In this document: piece after piece, positions 1 through 9,488 of the stretch | Numbering within the stretch: position 1 is the stretch's first letter | Layout: the number at the start of each line of letters is the position of its first letter | Virus record (IMG/VR): IMGVR_UViG_3300034096_001198 | Location: 1 to 60,562 of that record | Origin: a virus | DNA: 60,562 nt | Direction: 5' to 3' (one strand) | Translations under genes and position numbers: made by a program | The notes under the pieces: model-generated | What the model was told of the DNA's origin: nothing | Databases searched by the model: none | Seen by the model: only the letters and a program-made list of their open reading frames with translations

Positions 1-62
1 ACTGAAGTGGAACAATTTTGCTATTATGATTCATAGTTGACCTGCTGTATAGGTTGGCTCAC

Positions 63-91
63 GTCCCCGAATGTTTCCGCATTGCGGGGAC
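63..91. terminator. Strong GC-rich hairpin (GTCCCCGAATG...CATTGCGGGGAC)
   Basis: Inverted repeat 63-73 / 80-91 with one bulged G; no long T tract. Confidence 0.45.
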
Positions 92-135
92 ACTTATTAT
101 TATAACAATTTTATTAATAGAAATAGTCGATATTA

Positions 136-167
136 AAAACCCCAGGGGTTGAATCCTGGGGTTTTTG
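136..167. terminator. Bidirectional rho-independent terminator
   Basis: AAAAACCCCAGG / CCTGGGGTTTTT perfect 12-bp stem with U tract on either strand. Confidence 0.8.
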
Positions 168-186
168 TCGTTGGGAGTGCGATCGC

Positions 187-432
187 TTAATCTTTTTCCT
201 TATCTTGCCTGTCTCTCTCCCGTCGCCTTTTGGCGCACAGGCGTTTTTGTTCGCGCCGATTTTCCTTTTGCTCTGGGGTTAAGTTGGCAAGGTAGCGTTT
301 CCGCCGTTCCCTTGCCTTCTCCGTCCCCTCGTACTTCAGATCCCTGTCTTTACCCTTCTGGGTTGCCTTATACCGTTGTTGGGCTTCCCAGAGGGAGGGT
401 TTCCATTCTTTGGTCATGTGATAAACCACCAA
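187..432 (-). CDS. Small basic charged hypothetical protein
   Basis: 81-aa ORF rich in K/R/E. Confidence 0.55.
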   Translation of the reverse strand: MVVYHMTKEWKPSLWEAQQRYKATQKGKDRDLKYEGTEKARERRKRYLANLTPEQKENRREQKRLCAKRRRERDRQDKEKD

Positions 433-692
433 TATTTCTTAATTCCCGTGCTTTTCCCGTTGTTGGGACAATCCCCTTCACCCATAACGAGGTTTCCGTC
501 ATTGGTGGGATAACCGTCTTCAGTTTCCCCGACTATTGACAACATGGCTCTATTTAGTGTTTGGATTGAGCAAATAACGTCTTTTTCTTCTTTGAGTTTT
601 TGGGCTAATTCTTTGGTAGAAACCCCGTCAATCCATCCGGGGTCGCTGTCAATTATCCCCTTGATTTTTGTTTTTAATTGTTCTATTTTCAT
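414..692 (-). CDS. Hypothetical protein, possible winged-helix
   Basis: 92-aa ORF overlapping the upstream stop/start region of its neighbour. Confidence 0.55.
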   Translation of the reverse strand: MKIEQLKTKIKGIIDSDPGWIDGVSTKELAQKLKEEKDVICSIQTLNRAMLSIVGETEDGYPTNDGNLVMGEGDCPNNGKSTGIKKYWWFIT

Positions 693-763
693 CTGTCCTC
701 CTTTGTGCGTTTTGGTTTATTAAATCCCTAGCCGTTTGGTGTTTGGCTAGGGTATGGGGTGAT

Positions 764-1129
764 TTAGTTTTTACTTAATTCAAAAGCCAACCAGTTGCAA
801 GATGTCACTTTATCTAGGTTTTCTCGCTTTACTTGACAAACCTCATCTCCAATTCCTTTGAAGAAAACAATGTATTCGGGGTTGCTAATTCTGTTAATAA
901 CTTTCATCGACTTAACATATTGTCCTCTGGCAATGGCTTCACATTCTAGGATTTCTTGTCTGTTCTCTCCGGCTCTGACTAATTTTTTCTTCACGTATTC
1001 TTTAACTTGCTCATCACTCTGTCCCGCACCTTTTAAAACGGCTGCATCTTGACCCGCTCTTTTACACCATTCTTCAGTTGAGACATCTAAAATACGTGAA
1101 GTATAAAGAACTTTTTGTGTAACTGCCAT
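764..1129 (-). CDS. Hypothetical protein
   Basis: 121-aa ORF. Confidence 0.55.
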   Translation of the reverse strand: MAVTQKVLYTSRILDVSTEEWCKRAGQDAAVLKGAGQSDEQVKEYVKKKLVRAGENRQEILECEAIARGQYVKSMKVINRISNPEYIVFFKGIGDEVCQVKRENLDKVTSCNWLAFELSKN

Positions 1130-1262
1130 TTGATTTGTCCTTTGCTTTTGCGTGTTTCAATAATCTAAATATAGTAGACTTACGGCTATATGTCAACCCC
1201 TAAAATAAAATATTTTTTAGATTGACTGAACTCCTTGCTATGTAAGGAGTTCAGTCTTTTGG

Positions 1263-1682
1263 TTAATCCTCAAATTTTGCCTTGAGAGCCAGCATAGCCT
1301 TTTTCTTCTTATGCCTTAAATAAGATTCGGCATCGGTCAATTTCCTGCCTGGAAAAATAGACGGTCTCCCTATAGGCTTAGGATCAGTTTTGGGATGAAT
1401 TCTCGGTCTTCCCACGGGCTTAGGATCGGAGGTTTGGGACGCTCCGCAGGGGGTACAGCGCCACTTCTGCCTCCCGTCCGAATGAACCCCGTTTTTTTTC
1501 ATCTTGTGTCCGCACTTTGGACATGGCGGGTTTTTCTTGGCTTCATTGGATTTTCGATTCCGCAACCAACAGGGATTGCAGAAATACTTTTGTTTTCCGG
1601 TTGGCGTTATCCCAGACTTCCACATCTTCCCACCGCAAGTTAAGCAGCGCGGGTTGTATTTTTCCGTGTTATCTTTGTCCAT
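1263..1682 (-). CDS. Double zinc-ribbon protein with AT-hook-like GRP motifs
   Basis: CLTCGG...GKQKYFCNPC and CPKCGH...GRQKWRCTPCG zinc ribbons followed by VGRPRI / IGRPSI. Confidence 0.7.
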   Translation of the reverse strand: MDKDNTEKYNPRCLTCGGKMWKSGITPTGKQKYFCNPCWLRNRKSNEAKKNPPCPKCGHKMKKNGVHSDGRQKWRCTPCGASQTSDPKPVGRPRIHPKTDPKPIGRPSIFPGRKLTDAESYLRHKKKKAMLALKAKFED

Positions 1683-1748
1683 TAGTAGCCTGTTCTGTAG
1701 GTTTACTCAAGTCCCCAGATGTGGCAAAACATCGTGGGGATAATTTTT

Positions 1749-1985
1749 CTAGGTACTCAATACAATTGTAGCCGGATAAATTGCCATGTAATCGTTTTCA
1801 CCTAAGCTAATTTTCTGCTGCTCAACTAAAGTAAAAATTGCAAACCAAAATACTTTTTCACTCAATCCCAAATCCTTCTGAGCTTTAGAGGGATAGATAA
1901 ATACTGCCCTCTTTCCTAGGAATTGAGGGATTAACCATTTTTCCACAATGGTGATCGCATTCTCTAGTTCTTGAGTATTAATCAT
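1749..1985 (-). CDS. Hypothetical protein
   Basis: 78-aa ORF. Confidence 0.5.
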   Translation of the reverse strand: MINTQELENAITIVEKWLIPQFLGKRAVFIYPSKAQKDLGLSEKVFWFAIFTLVEQQKISLGENDYMAIYPATIVLST

Positions 1986-2050
1986 AATTTAATCAGCACA
2001 AAACTATTGTTTTATTATATAATATAAACAGTTCTAAATGCTAACAAAAT

Positions 2051-2407
2051 ATGGCGATCGCAACGAACCTAAACCAAAGAATAGAAGGGCAAAAACTTCT
2101 ATTCACGGCTGCCACTGATACTATGATTATCGGGGGAATAGTTAGCAATCTTTCTGTAACGGATGCCTATTTTAGCTTAAAACCTTTTATGGTAAATGCT
2201 AAGATAGATCGGGGTTTTCCATTCCAACTTCAAACCAAGTTACTCACTCCTGCATTAACAGAGGTTAAGGCTTTTGCTGCTGATGCTCCTGTTAATTTAT
2301 TATGGGATTCTAGCGATGGTTGGAACTCGGAAGTTTTAGAAAATTGGAACGGTTCAATCCCTAACTTTATTCCTGTATTGTTGAATATAACTATAGCGGA
2401 GATTTAA
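2051..2407 (+). CDS. Putative phage virion-associated protein
   Basis: 118-aa ORF, first of three closely packed plus-strand genes. Confidence 0.5.
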   Translation: MAIATNLNQRIEGQKLLFTAATDTMIIGGIVSNLSVTDAYFSLKPFMVNAKIDRGFPFQLQTKLLTPALTEVKAFAADAPVNLLWDSSDGWNSEVLENWNGSIPNFIPVLLNITIAEI

Positions 2408-2411
2408 GATA

Positions 2412-2894
2412 ATGGTTTGGATGGGTTCAAAGGCGAATATAGCCACAATCACGGCTTTAAGTGTTACTGATTTAGAAGATGGAATTGTCTTCTATGCTTC
2501 TGCCGAAAAAACCTGGTTAGCATTAGCTAAAACCGACACGACTTCAACAGCAAATAGTAAAAGTTGCTACACTGCCACGGGCGGAGGTAGATGGTTTATA
2601 TCCAGAGATTCTACGGTTGTCGCCACTACCACGCCAACGGGGTCGGCTGCGATTGGAACCCGTTGGATATATCAAGAGAATGGGGCGGTCAATAACTATG
2701 ATTCAGTCATCTCATACATCTACAACGGCACGGCATGGGTTGAGACAGATGCCAGAATGCGCGTACACACTAACACCCCGGCAAGTGTTTCCAAGACCCC
2801 CAATAGTGCGAGAGAGACGTGGCGAGATACCTCGACAGGGATTTTATATCGTCCCTTTAACGGGGGGTGGGTAGCAGGAGAGGGAGCTACTTAA
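2412..2894 (+). CDS. Putative tail/baseplate-associated beta-rich protein
   Basis: 160-aa ORF; stop codon overlaps the ATG of the next gene. Confidence 0.5.
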   Translation: MVWMGSKANIATITALSVTDLEDGIVFYASAEKTWLALAKTDTTSTANSKSCYTATGGGRWFISRDSTVVATTTPTGSAAIGTRWIYQENGAVNNYDSVISYIYNGTAWVETDARMRVHTNTPASVSKTPNSARETWRDTSTGILYRPFNGGWVAGEGAT

Positions 2895-3667
2895 TGATTC
2901 AATTTACCTGTGGAAGTTCACAACCTTTGGACTTAACGCTATTTGACGGGGTTGTGATTGGCTACCATTGGCAGTTATTTGTTGACCGGAACGGGACTAA
3001 AAACCCTCTGGACTTCCCAGATAAAATCATCCGAGCGCAATTCCTTTATGGGCATAAACATCAAAAGCCCTGTCCATTTTCCGGTTGTGATTCAATTAAG
3101 GAATGGGTGGGGCAACGGGTTGGGAAATTTTCTCAGGTGAGTGAATGGGTAATTGCCAATGAATTTACCGATGACCTAGGGGTCGCATACCCCAACTACA
3201 AGCTCGATGACTTAAAGCGATATTGTGAAGCCGCGCATATTGCCAATCCCAAAGCTCGATTAATTTTGGGAGATTTCAAACCCCACCTATTCAATAAATG
3301 GGATGCGATCGCTAACATCTGTCACGAATTAGCCAAAGATTTTCCGGTAGAGGTAGGGATTCAAACTCATTTGAAAACCTATAATGCTCCGGTGATCCTA
3401 ACCAGATTACCTAAAATTATTGAGATGTTTGATGTTCCCGTGCATTTTATTGAGGCGAGTTTATGGTATAAATCCGTTGCCGATAAAGCGATTTGTAATG
3501 GGCTATGGTCGGAGTTGATATCAATAGCCGAACAGCATCAAGTCCAATCGTTTTGTAATTGGTGGTTATACTCTGAGGATGCGGAGGTTGGGCGACGGAT
3601 GCCTACTTTTGATGGTTTAAAGCTGTTTATTCCTCGTGAGGTAGGGGATAATATTGAACTCCCGTAA
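2894..3667 (+). CDS. GH10-like TIM-barrel glycoside hydrolase (putative lysin or depolymerase)
   Basis: Start moved to ATG 2894. WVIANEF..D and VPVHFIEASLWY..CNWWLYS resemble GH10 acid/base and nucleophile strands. Confidence 0.5.
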   Translation: MIQFTCGSSQPLDLTLFDGVVIGYHWQLFVDRNGTKNPLDFPDKIIRAQFLYGHKHQKPCPFSGCDSIKEWVGQRVGKFSQVSEWVIANEFTDDLGVAYPNYKLDDLKRYCEAAHIANPKARLILGDFKPHLFNKWDAIANICHELAKDFPVEVGIQTHLKTYNAPVILTRLPKIIEMFDVPVHFIEASLWYKSVADKAICNGLWSELISIAEQHQVQSFCNWWLYSEDAEVGRRMPTFDGLKLFIPREVGDNIELP

Positions 3668-4868
3668 TAAGTCTTTTGTAATAAACAGGAAAACTAATCG
3701 AGTCAATAGGTAGTATAGTGGGAGTAACTTTTATTTCTTTAAATACAAAATTATTTATATCATCAAGGTCTATTATTATTAATTGCAAAACAACATCTTC
3801 TGTTAGCAACTTAGAAGGATCTTCAATTGGTTCAATATAATATATTTTATTATTAACAAATGTTGATGATTCAGAGCTATTGATTGCCCAAGCAAATTTT
3901 TCTAAGTTTTCCAAGTCTATATTTGTAGACATTGGATTTATTACTTCCTCTGGCAAAGTATGCTCAAGAATATAACCACTGTGATATTTAAAAAAATTGC
4001 GTTCGATAGAGGGGATTGTTTGGTATGAGTACCTATTTATTTCGGTTGAACTACCTGATTCGAGATCGTATAACTCAAATATTATTTCGTCATTACTAAC
4101 TCGCCCTTCTGAACCTGGATCGTAATTTGTTATTTTCTTAGTAAAAAATGCGTGTGTTGCACCTCTTAAAAGATTGACCCCTACAAGAGATCTATCTCCT
4201 CCATAAGTATCACCGTTACCAAAAACAGGTTCATAGGATATTGATTCTTTTATTGAATAGGTTATTGGTGCGACAAGTCTGTCGAAATAACGATATCCCT
4301 CTGGGGAAACAGTTGGTGAAGCATAAACAAATTCAGGAACAGATTTATAAATAACAGGTGGATTTTCCTCTCCATACCACAACCGACAACCAATATTAAT
4401 TCCACGCACAGACTCTTCTGCAATAACTGCTTCAGACCCCCAAAAATACCCGTCTCCTAGTGATATAACATAATCAGTGTTTACTTGAGATGTTCCTGGC
4501 GGCCCTGCCGATGTGATTCTAGTCTCGGTTTTTTCAAAACAAAAACTTAAATCATCATTACTACCATTCGTGTAATTCAAAAACTTAGTATCTTCAGATG
4601 AAGAACTATTGAACGCCCCTGCTACCGAGAAATTCCAGTTCATTCTATCTATCCCTCTGTTCTTGAGCAATGTTCCTATTGTTCCGTCAAAGAAGTTAAA
4701 GTCTTGATATTTTAACTTTATAGGGATAGCTGACATTCCTGGTATTCCCACAAAAAATAAGTTTTCCCCTTCTCCTCCACTTGCATATAATTGAAATCCG
4801 ACCAAAAATTTTATATGCCCTTGCGTATAGGCTCTTGTTCTAAACTTATAAGTCCCATTAATATTCAT
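3627..4868 (-). CDS. Large hypothetical protein, possibly virion
   Basis: 413-aa ORF, convergent and overlapping the hydrolase 3' end by 41 bp. Confidence 0.6.
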   Translation of the reverse strand: MNINGTYKFRTRAYTQGHIKFLVGFQLYASGGEGENLFFVGIPGMSAIPIKLKYQDFNFFDGTIGTLLKNRGIDRMNWNFSVAGAFNSSSSEDTKFLNYTNGSNDDLSFCFEKTETRITSAGPPGTSQVNTDYVISLGDGYFWGSEAVIAEESVRGINIGCRLWYGEENPPVIYKSVPEFVYASPTVSPEGYRYFDRLVAPITYSIKESISYEPVFGNGDTYGGDRSLVGVNLLRGATHAFFTKKITNYDPGSEGRVSNDEIIFELYDLESGSSTEINRYSYQTIPSIERNFFKYHSGYILEHTLPEEVINPMSTNIDLENLEKFAWAINSSESSTFVNNKIYYIEPIEDPSKLLTEDVVLQLIIIDLDDINNFVFKEIKVTPTILPIDSISFPVYYKRLITGVQYYPLPHEE

Positions 4869-5773
4869 ATAATTATCGTTTTGTTACAGTCAAAATAGAT
4901 TTCTGATTCTATTCTATCGTAATATAAACTGCTTTTTTGTGGCGTTGTGTACCCGTAAGCAAAAGCCACCAAGGAATCATTATCCTTGTCTACCGAGTAC
5001 AAGAATAGAATATTGGCTTTATCATCTTCTGAACCCATATACTGAACCCCTGTTGATAACTGAATAGAAACCCAAGGGGTAAAAGTGGAGACTGTGTTAA
5101 CAACCTGAATATTTGTATAGTCAACCGTTGTCACCGATTCAGGAATTACCCCCGATAAGATATCGCTAGACTTAGTTAATATAATCCCATTGTCATCTAC
5201 CACAAACGAAGCCAGAGACTGAGAAGAAACCCCAAACCCCGTAAACCAATCAACGTTGCTACTAAACCACGTCATGCACTCCCTAGAGAAGCAATCCAAT
5301 GGCGGTGCGGTGGTAACATTCCGATCCTTCTTATCGTAATTTGAAACAGTTATAACTTCGTTTATCCCATCTTCATCTATCCTGAACAAATAGAGTGATT
5401 TGGCTTTATTTGCCTTAGCAGATGGGATTGAAATATCACTATAGCTAACATAAACGGGCGACGATTCCGGTCGGGTATAGGCAAAGGGATTTTTAATTGA
5501 TACTGTCCCTATGGGTGAGTTCAAAAACTCGGCTTCAGTGTTTAAACATAGCCATTCTGAGTTGGTTGTGGAGTGAAACATCGGGACAATAGTTGATATT
5601 CCTAGGCCATAACTAACGGTTGAATCCCATTGTTTCTTAGCTACTAACTCCAAAAATTCCACTGTTGGCAGTAACGAAACCGAACTAACATAATCAGTTG
5701 TCGTTGGCATTTCTCCCTCTGATCTCTCCAATAATATTCTAACACCCAAACCCATAAAACAAAAAGCCACCAA
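4865..5773 (-). CDS. Hypothetical protein, possibly virion
   Basis: 302-aa ORF overlapping its neighbour by 4 bp; likely start at the internal Met of MPTTTDYV. Confidence 0.55.
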   Translation of the reverse strand: MVAFCFMGLGVRILLERSEGEMPTTTDYVSSVSLLPTVEFLELVAKKQWDSTVSYGLGISTIVPMFHSTTNSEWLCLNTEAEFLNSPIGTVSIKNPFAYTRPESSPVYVSYSDISIPSAKANKAKSLYLFRIDEDGINEVITVSNYDKKDRNVTTAPPLDCFSRECMTWFSSNVDWFTGFGVSSQSLASFVVDDNGIILTKSSDILSGVIPESVTTVDYTNIQVVNTVSTFTPWVSIQLSTGVQYMGSEDDKANILFLYSVDKDNDSLVAFAYGYTTPQKSSLYYDRIESEIYFDCNKTIII

Positions 5774-6042
5774 GCGGATGCCGGGTAGCTTTAAGGGAGA
5801 ATCTTTCCACCAGTATTATTATAACACGAAAACATTAACATAATCAGTCGTTGTTGGTATTGCGATCGCACTCCTCGTCTACGGGATAAAAAACTATATA
5901 TCCCTTTGAGTTTATTGTCACTTTACACTTAATCGTCTTCCCTTGATTGTCGAGTAAATACCCTACAATCGACGGCGCAGCTATTTCCGTTGGTGCTGTT
6001 TCTGTTGTCACTTTTATTTCCTCAATTCTTATCTAAATTTGT

Positions 6043-6315
6043 TCATGTTGATCTTTTCCACGCTTTTCTGCAATCTTCAGAAGTGAACTTGTACAGTGTT
6101 CCTTTATCACGAGATGTCTTGCCACCTTTACGACCTATCTCAGTCATGTAGTCTTTGTTTCGTGATATGGAAGCCCCGCCATCGCTACACTCGTCTGGCG
6201 TGAATTTATGAAGCGTTCCTTTATCGTGAGATGCTTTACCCCCTTTGCTAGAAACCTCCCGACGTTTTTCTGGGCTCATAGCAGCAAAACCACATTTCTT
6301 ATTTTCTGATTTCAT
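6043..6315 (-). CDS. KGG-motif (GsiB-like) repeat protein
   Basis: Repeated S.KGGKAS.DKGTLHKFTPD / GRKGGKTSRDKGTLYKFTSED. Confidence 0.65.
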   Translation of the reverse strand: MKSENKKCGFAAMSPEKRREVSSKGGKASHDKGTLHKFTPDECSDGGASISRNKDYMTEIGRKGGKTSRDKGTLYKFTSEDCRKAWKRST

Positions 6316-6439
6316 AATTTTACTAACATCTAAGTTAATATTTATTTTAACACAAATACCTTATAATAAAGAAAAAGTATCTGAGTTTGTAGAGAATCTC
6401 AGATACTTTTAAAAAGCAAACACACAAAGCAACAACATA

Positions 6440-6991
6440 ATGATTATACAACAACTTTCACTATTTGAAACACAACCCGTAATTCTTGATTCAAACGAAA
6501 ATTATACCCCGTCTGATTTGATTGATTTAGTCCATGAGTTTTATGGATTTCCTGAATTAGACCCTTTTAGCTGTGAACTTGCCAACCGAACGGTAAAAGC
6601 TCAAAAGATATTTACAATTCAAGATGATGGATTTAAACAGAACTGGAGACGGGCTAAAACACTCTGGTTAAACCCTCCCTACAGCGCGGGATTTATTGAG
6701 AAGGTTGTTGATAAATTGATTGCAACATTGAACGAGACTGAATCGGAAGCATTCTTGTTAACCAATACCGACAACAGTACGGTTTGGTACAAAAAGGCTT
6801 TGAATCGGTGCGATCGCTTCTGCCTACCGTCAACTCGGTTAACTTTTTATTCCCCAAAACGGGCGCAGGATGGGAAGAAACAAAACCAAAACCGATTCTC
6901 CCAAACTCTATTTTATTTTGGATTGCAACCTCAAAGATTTGAGGAAATTTTTGAGGGTTGGGGAACTGTTTGCCAGACTTCCAAATGGTAA
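6440..6991 (+). CDS. Phage DNA N6-adenine methyltransferase (Dam-like)
   Basis: LDPFSCELANRTVKA...DDGF...LWLNPPYS motif set. Confidence 0.85.
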   Translation: MIIQQLSLFETQPVILDSNENYTPSDLIDLVHEFYGFPELDPFSCELANRTVKAQKIFTIQDDGFKQNWRRAKTLWLNPPYSAGFIEKVVDKLIATLNETESEAFLLTNTDNSTVWYKKALNRCDRFCLPSTRLTFYSPKRAQDGKKQNQNRFSQTLFYFGLQPQRFEEIFEGWGTVCQTSKW

Positions 6992-6996
6992 AAAAT

Positions 6997-7024
6997 AACC
7001 CCTGTAAATTAATTTACAGGGGTT
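6997..7024. terminator. Perfect 28-bp palindrome, bidirectional terminator-like
   Basis: AACCCCTGTAAATT|AATTTACAGGGGTT between convergent genes. Confidence 0.7.
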
Positions 7025-7049
7025 TAAAGTTTTAGCTATTAATCACTGG

Positions 7050-7262
7050 TTATATATCGCCACGACTGACCTCGCGCCGAAGATCCAGGTCTTTATTTAA
7101 AACAAATACTCCATCTTGGAGTTCAATCAAATAGCCTGGTTTCAGTGCTTCAAAGATAGATCCTTGACACCGATCTGCTTTTTTATAATCCCCTGTAGAC
7201 GCTAACTTGCCTTCCACGAAATTCAGAAAACCATCTTTGTTAAAGATTTTAATATCTCTCAT
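7050..7262 (-). CDS. Hypothetical protein
   Basis: 70-aa ORF after the terminator. Confidence 0.5.
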   Translation of the reverse strand: MRDIKIFNKDGFLNFVEGKLASTGDYKKADRCQGSIFEALKPGYLIELQDGVFVLNKDLDLRREVSRGDI

Positions 7263-7320
7263 TTGCTTTGTCCTTTATCAATCATTAATTTAGGGTGCTT
7301 TTTATTTGTTGAAACTTAAC

Positions 7321-7518
7321 CTATAAAGTAATCGTTTTTCCTGTTAAAAGATTTTCGAGAGCAACTCGATTTTCCATTAGGTGAATGGACTCTCCATCAA
7401 GACACTGAGATCCTATCTCGCCCTTTCTAATTTTCAAACAGTGGCTTGTTTTATTTGTCATTACCACCACAGGAATAGGGGGATAAGGTGGGGCTACTAT
7501 GTATGCCGATAATTTCAT
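7321..7518 (-). CDS. Hypothetical protein
   Basis: 65-aa ORF. Confidence 0.45.
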   Translation of the reverse strand: MKLSAYIVAPPYPPIPVVVMTNKTSHCLKIRKGEIGSQCLDGESIHLMENRVALENLLTGKTITL

Positions 7519-7571
7519 AATTATTGATTTAGTCCTCTGCGCTAACTCCTATTATAGTACAAATCAAACCC

Positions 7572-8039
7572 TCAATATCTCCGCCTTAAATATTCTGCCA
7601 ATAATAACGCCTCTGCCCTCCCGTGATGTTTTTCGAGTTTAAGATTGTTAGTTTCACCTGGAAACATCTGCAACGCCATCACCCTTGACGCTTTCTTATC
7701 TTTTCCTATTAGGCTGTAGTGCTTTTTCCATGCCTGGGGAGTAACAAACTCCATCGGGATTCCTAGCGTTGCAATAATCCCAAGCCAAATCCCAAAACCC
7801 ATCCCAAAGTTAAAAGTAGAAGATACCCCTTGCTTGGGCATTGCATGAACATTCTCAATAATTAGGTGAGTATTGATGGTGATCATTTCCTTCAGTCCAG
7901 ATGCCATTAATGTCGGGTTGGGGCGTATCTTTCCACTAATCTTAATCACTGGACAGTCGAGAAATTTAACCTCACCATTAGAAATCCTACACACTGCCCC
8001 CGTCGCTCCGGGGTCAATTCCGATAAATGTTTTAGTCAT
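7572..8039 (-). CDS. RuvC-like Holliday junction resolvase / phage nuclease
   Basis: FIGIDPGATGAVC N-terminus; VTPQAWKK; HHGRAEALLLAEY C-terminus. Confidence 0.8.
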   Translation of the reverse strand: MTKTFIGIDPGATGAVCRISNGEVKFLDCPVIKISGKIRPNPTLMASGLKEMITINTHLIIENVHAMPKQGVSSTFNFGMGFGIWLGIIATLGIPMEFVTPQAWKKHYSLIGKDKKASRVMALQMFPGETNNLKLEKHHGRAEALLLAEYLRRRY

Positions 8040-8352
8040 TATCCGTTGTTGTTTGTAAATAGTTGATAACAGATGGGCTATAGTCAGATATTAAAATTCT
8101 TTCAATTGCCCAAGAGAAGTTGTATTTATCAATTTTTTCACCAAGTCTTCTGCTTAGAATTTTAAATATTATTCTGATTTTATCGCCAATATAAGCAGAT
8201 CCATAATTTAGATTTTTGGCAATCTCAGGATAAGTATTGTCGTTTAATATTCCCTCGAGAATCTTTCTAGTCAAGCTATCAAGATGTTTTCCGGTCTCGG
8301 AAAATACCAAACTATCAACCAACCAGATATATTCTAACTGTTCCCTAGTCAC
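8032..8352 (-). CDS. Hypothetical protein with LuxR/sigma-like HTH
   Basis: LTRKILEGILNDNTYPEIAKNLNYGSAYIGDKIRIIFKIL. Confidence 0.5.
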   Translation of the reverse strand: MTREQLEYIWLVDSLVFSETGKHLDSLTRKILEGILNDNTYPEIAKNLNYGSAYIGDKIRIIFKILSRRLGEKIDKYNFSWAIERILISDYSPSVINYLQTTTDND

Positions 8353-8677
8353 CTATAAAATCTCCCTCCGCATGGTAGATCCCATTATGAATTTTAAAAC
8401 CTTCAATATTCTCGGTTTCAATATCCGAAAAACTTACCCGTTCACTAACCATCCAGATTAGTAATTTTTCTAAAGTGTCAAAAGCTGGAAGGTGTGGCAG
8501 TTCAAGCCTTAATCTATCGGGTGTTCCAAAAGCACCTTTAAAGTGAGTGCTGAATTTAAAGATAGAATAATGGCGATCGCTTACCCCTCTTGATATTTTT
8601 TCCACTTCATCGAGTAGGCATCCTAAGTTTTCCATCCTAAGTTTTCCATCCTTTCTTAGCACTGTTGGCATCCGCAA
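8345..8677 (-). CDS. Hypothetical protein
   Basis: 110-aa ORF. Confidence 0.5.
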   Translation of the reverse strand: MRMPTVLRKDGKLRMENLGCLLDEVEKISRGVSDRHYSIFKFSTHFKGAFGTPDRLRLELPHLPAFDTLEKLLIWMVSERVSFSDIETENIEGFKIHNGIYHAEGDFIGD

Positions 8678-8912
8678 AAGCTATATGATCTCGCGTTACC
8701 TGCCACTTGTAACGAGGTCTTAGTCCCTCTCCAATCCTAACACAATCCGAGTCTGTATCAGTCAAAGGAATCGCGCCGTTCTGATATTTAAACAGGGCTT
8801 TTGTTACCCAGTTAATATCAGTTAATTGTTGATTTCCCCCGCGCTTTTTTGCTGTCTCAACAACTAATTCCGCGATCTCTGGATAATCTAATTTTAATTT
8901 TGCTTTTGCCAT
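8637..8912 (-). CDS. Hypothetical protein
   Basis: 91-aa ORF. Confidence 0.5.
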   Translation of the reverse strand: MAKAKLKLDYPEIAELVVETAKKRGGNQQLTDINWVTKALFKYQNGAIPLTDTDSDCVRIGEGLRPRYKWQVTRDHIAFADANSAKKGWKT

Positions 8913-9075
8913 TAAGACTCCTGTTCGTTATCTATGGTTTTCTTCATTCCTGAGTTAACAGGTGTTAGTCCCTCTCGCCACGCCAACCATCGGGTTTGCT
9001 GGTTTAGTTTGGAGGCGTTATAGTCTTCTAGGGTGATGTTCCAATCCTCAATAGGGGAATAGTTTTAATTTTTTA

Positions 9076-9444
9076 TTATTTTAGATTGGAAAAAGAAATA
9101 GCTAATGTATTTTTTATCCCACCATATAAATCATAAAATTCGACAATTATTGATTCATTTGGTTTCATCACTCGATAACTTCTATCAAAATATCCTGAAC
9201 AATAGTCTGTACCGTAATCTTTTTTACAAATAACACGAAAAGGGATATCTGAAGTGATGTTTAATTGTTGAGGTATATCTAAAGGATTTTTTATTATGTA
9301 TTGTGTTTTTTTGTTTTTTGATATAAAAACTAGATAATTTCCTGAACGATTAAATATCGTTCTATTTTCATTAGCTAAACATAAATTAGCAAAAGATATG
9401 CTCAATAATGTAACAGTCAATAGTGATAAAAACAGTTTTTTCAT
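9076..9444 (-). CDS. Secreted hypothetical protein
   Basis: N-terminal signal peptide MKKLFLSLLTVTLLSISFANLCLA. Confidence 0.6.
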   Translation of the reverse strand: MKKLFLSLLTVTLLSISFANLCLANENRTIFNRSGNYLVFISKNKKTQYIIKNPLDIPQQLNITSDIPFRVICKKDYGTDYCSGYFDRSYRVMKPNESIIVEFYDLYGGIKNTLAISFSNLK

Positions 9445-9488
9445 TATTTTTTCTTGTTTTGTTTTATTGTAATTTTACCATTATTTTA

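Noticed and set aside
165-539. Plus-strand 124-aa ORF at the left end
   Set aside because: Antisense to two better minus-strand ORFs and low-complexity P/S-rich translation.
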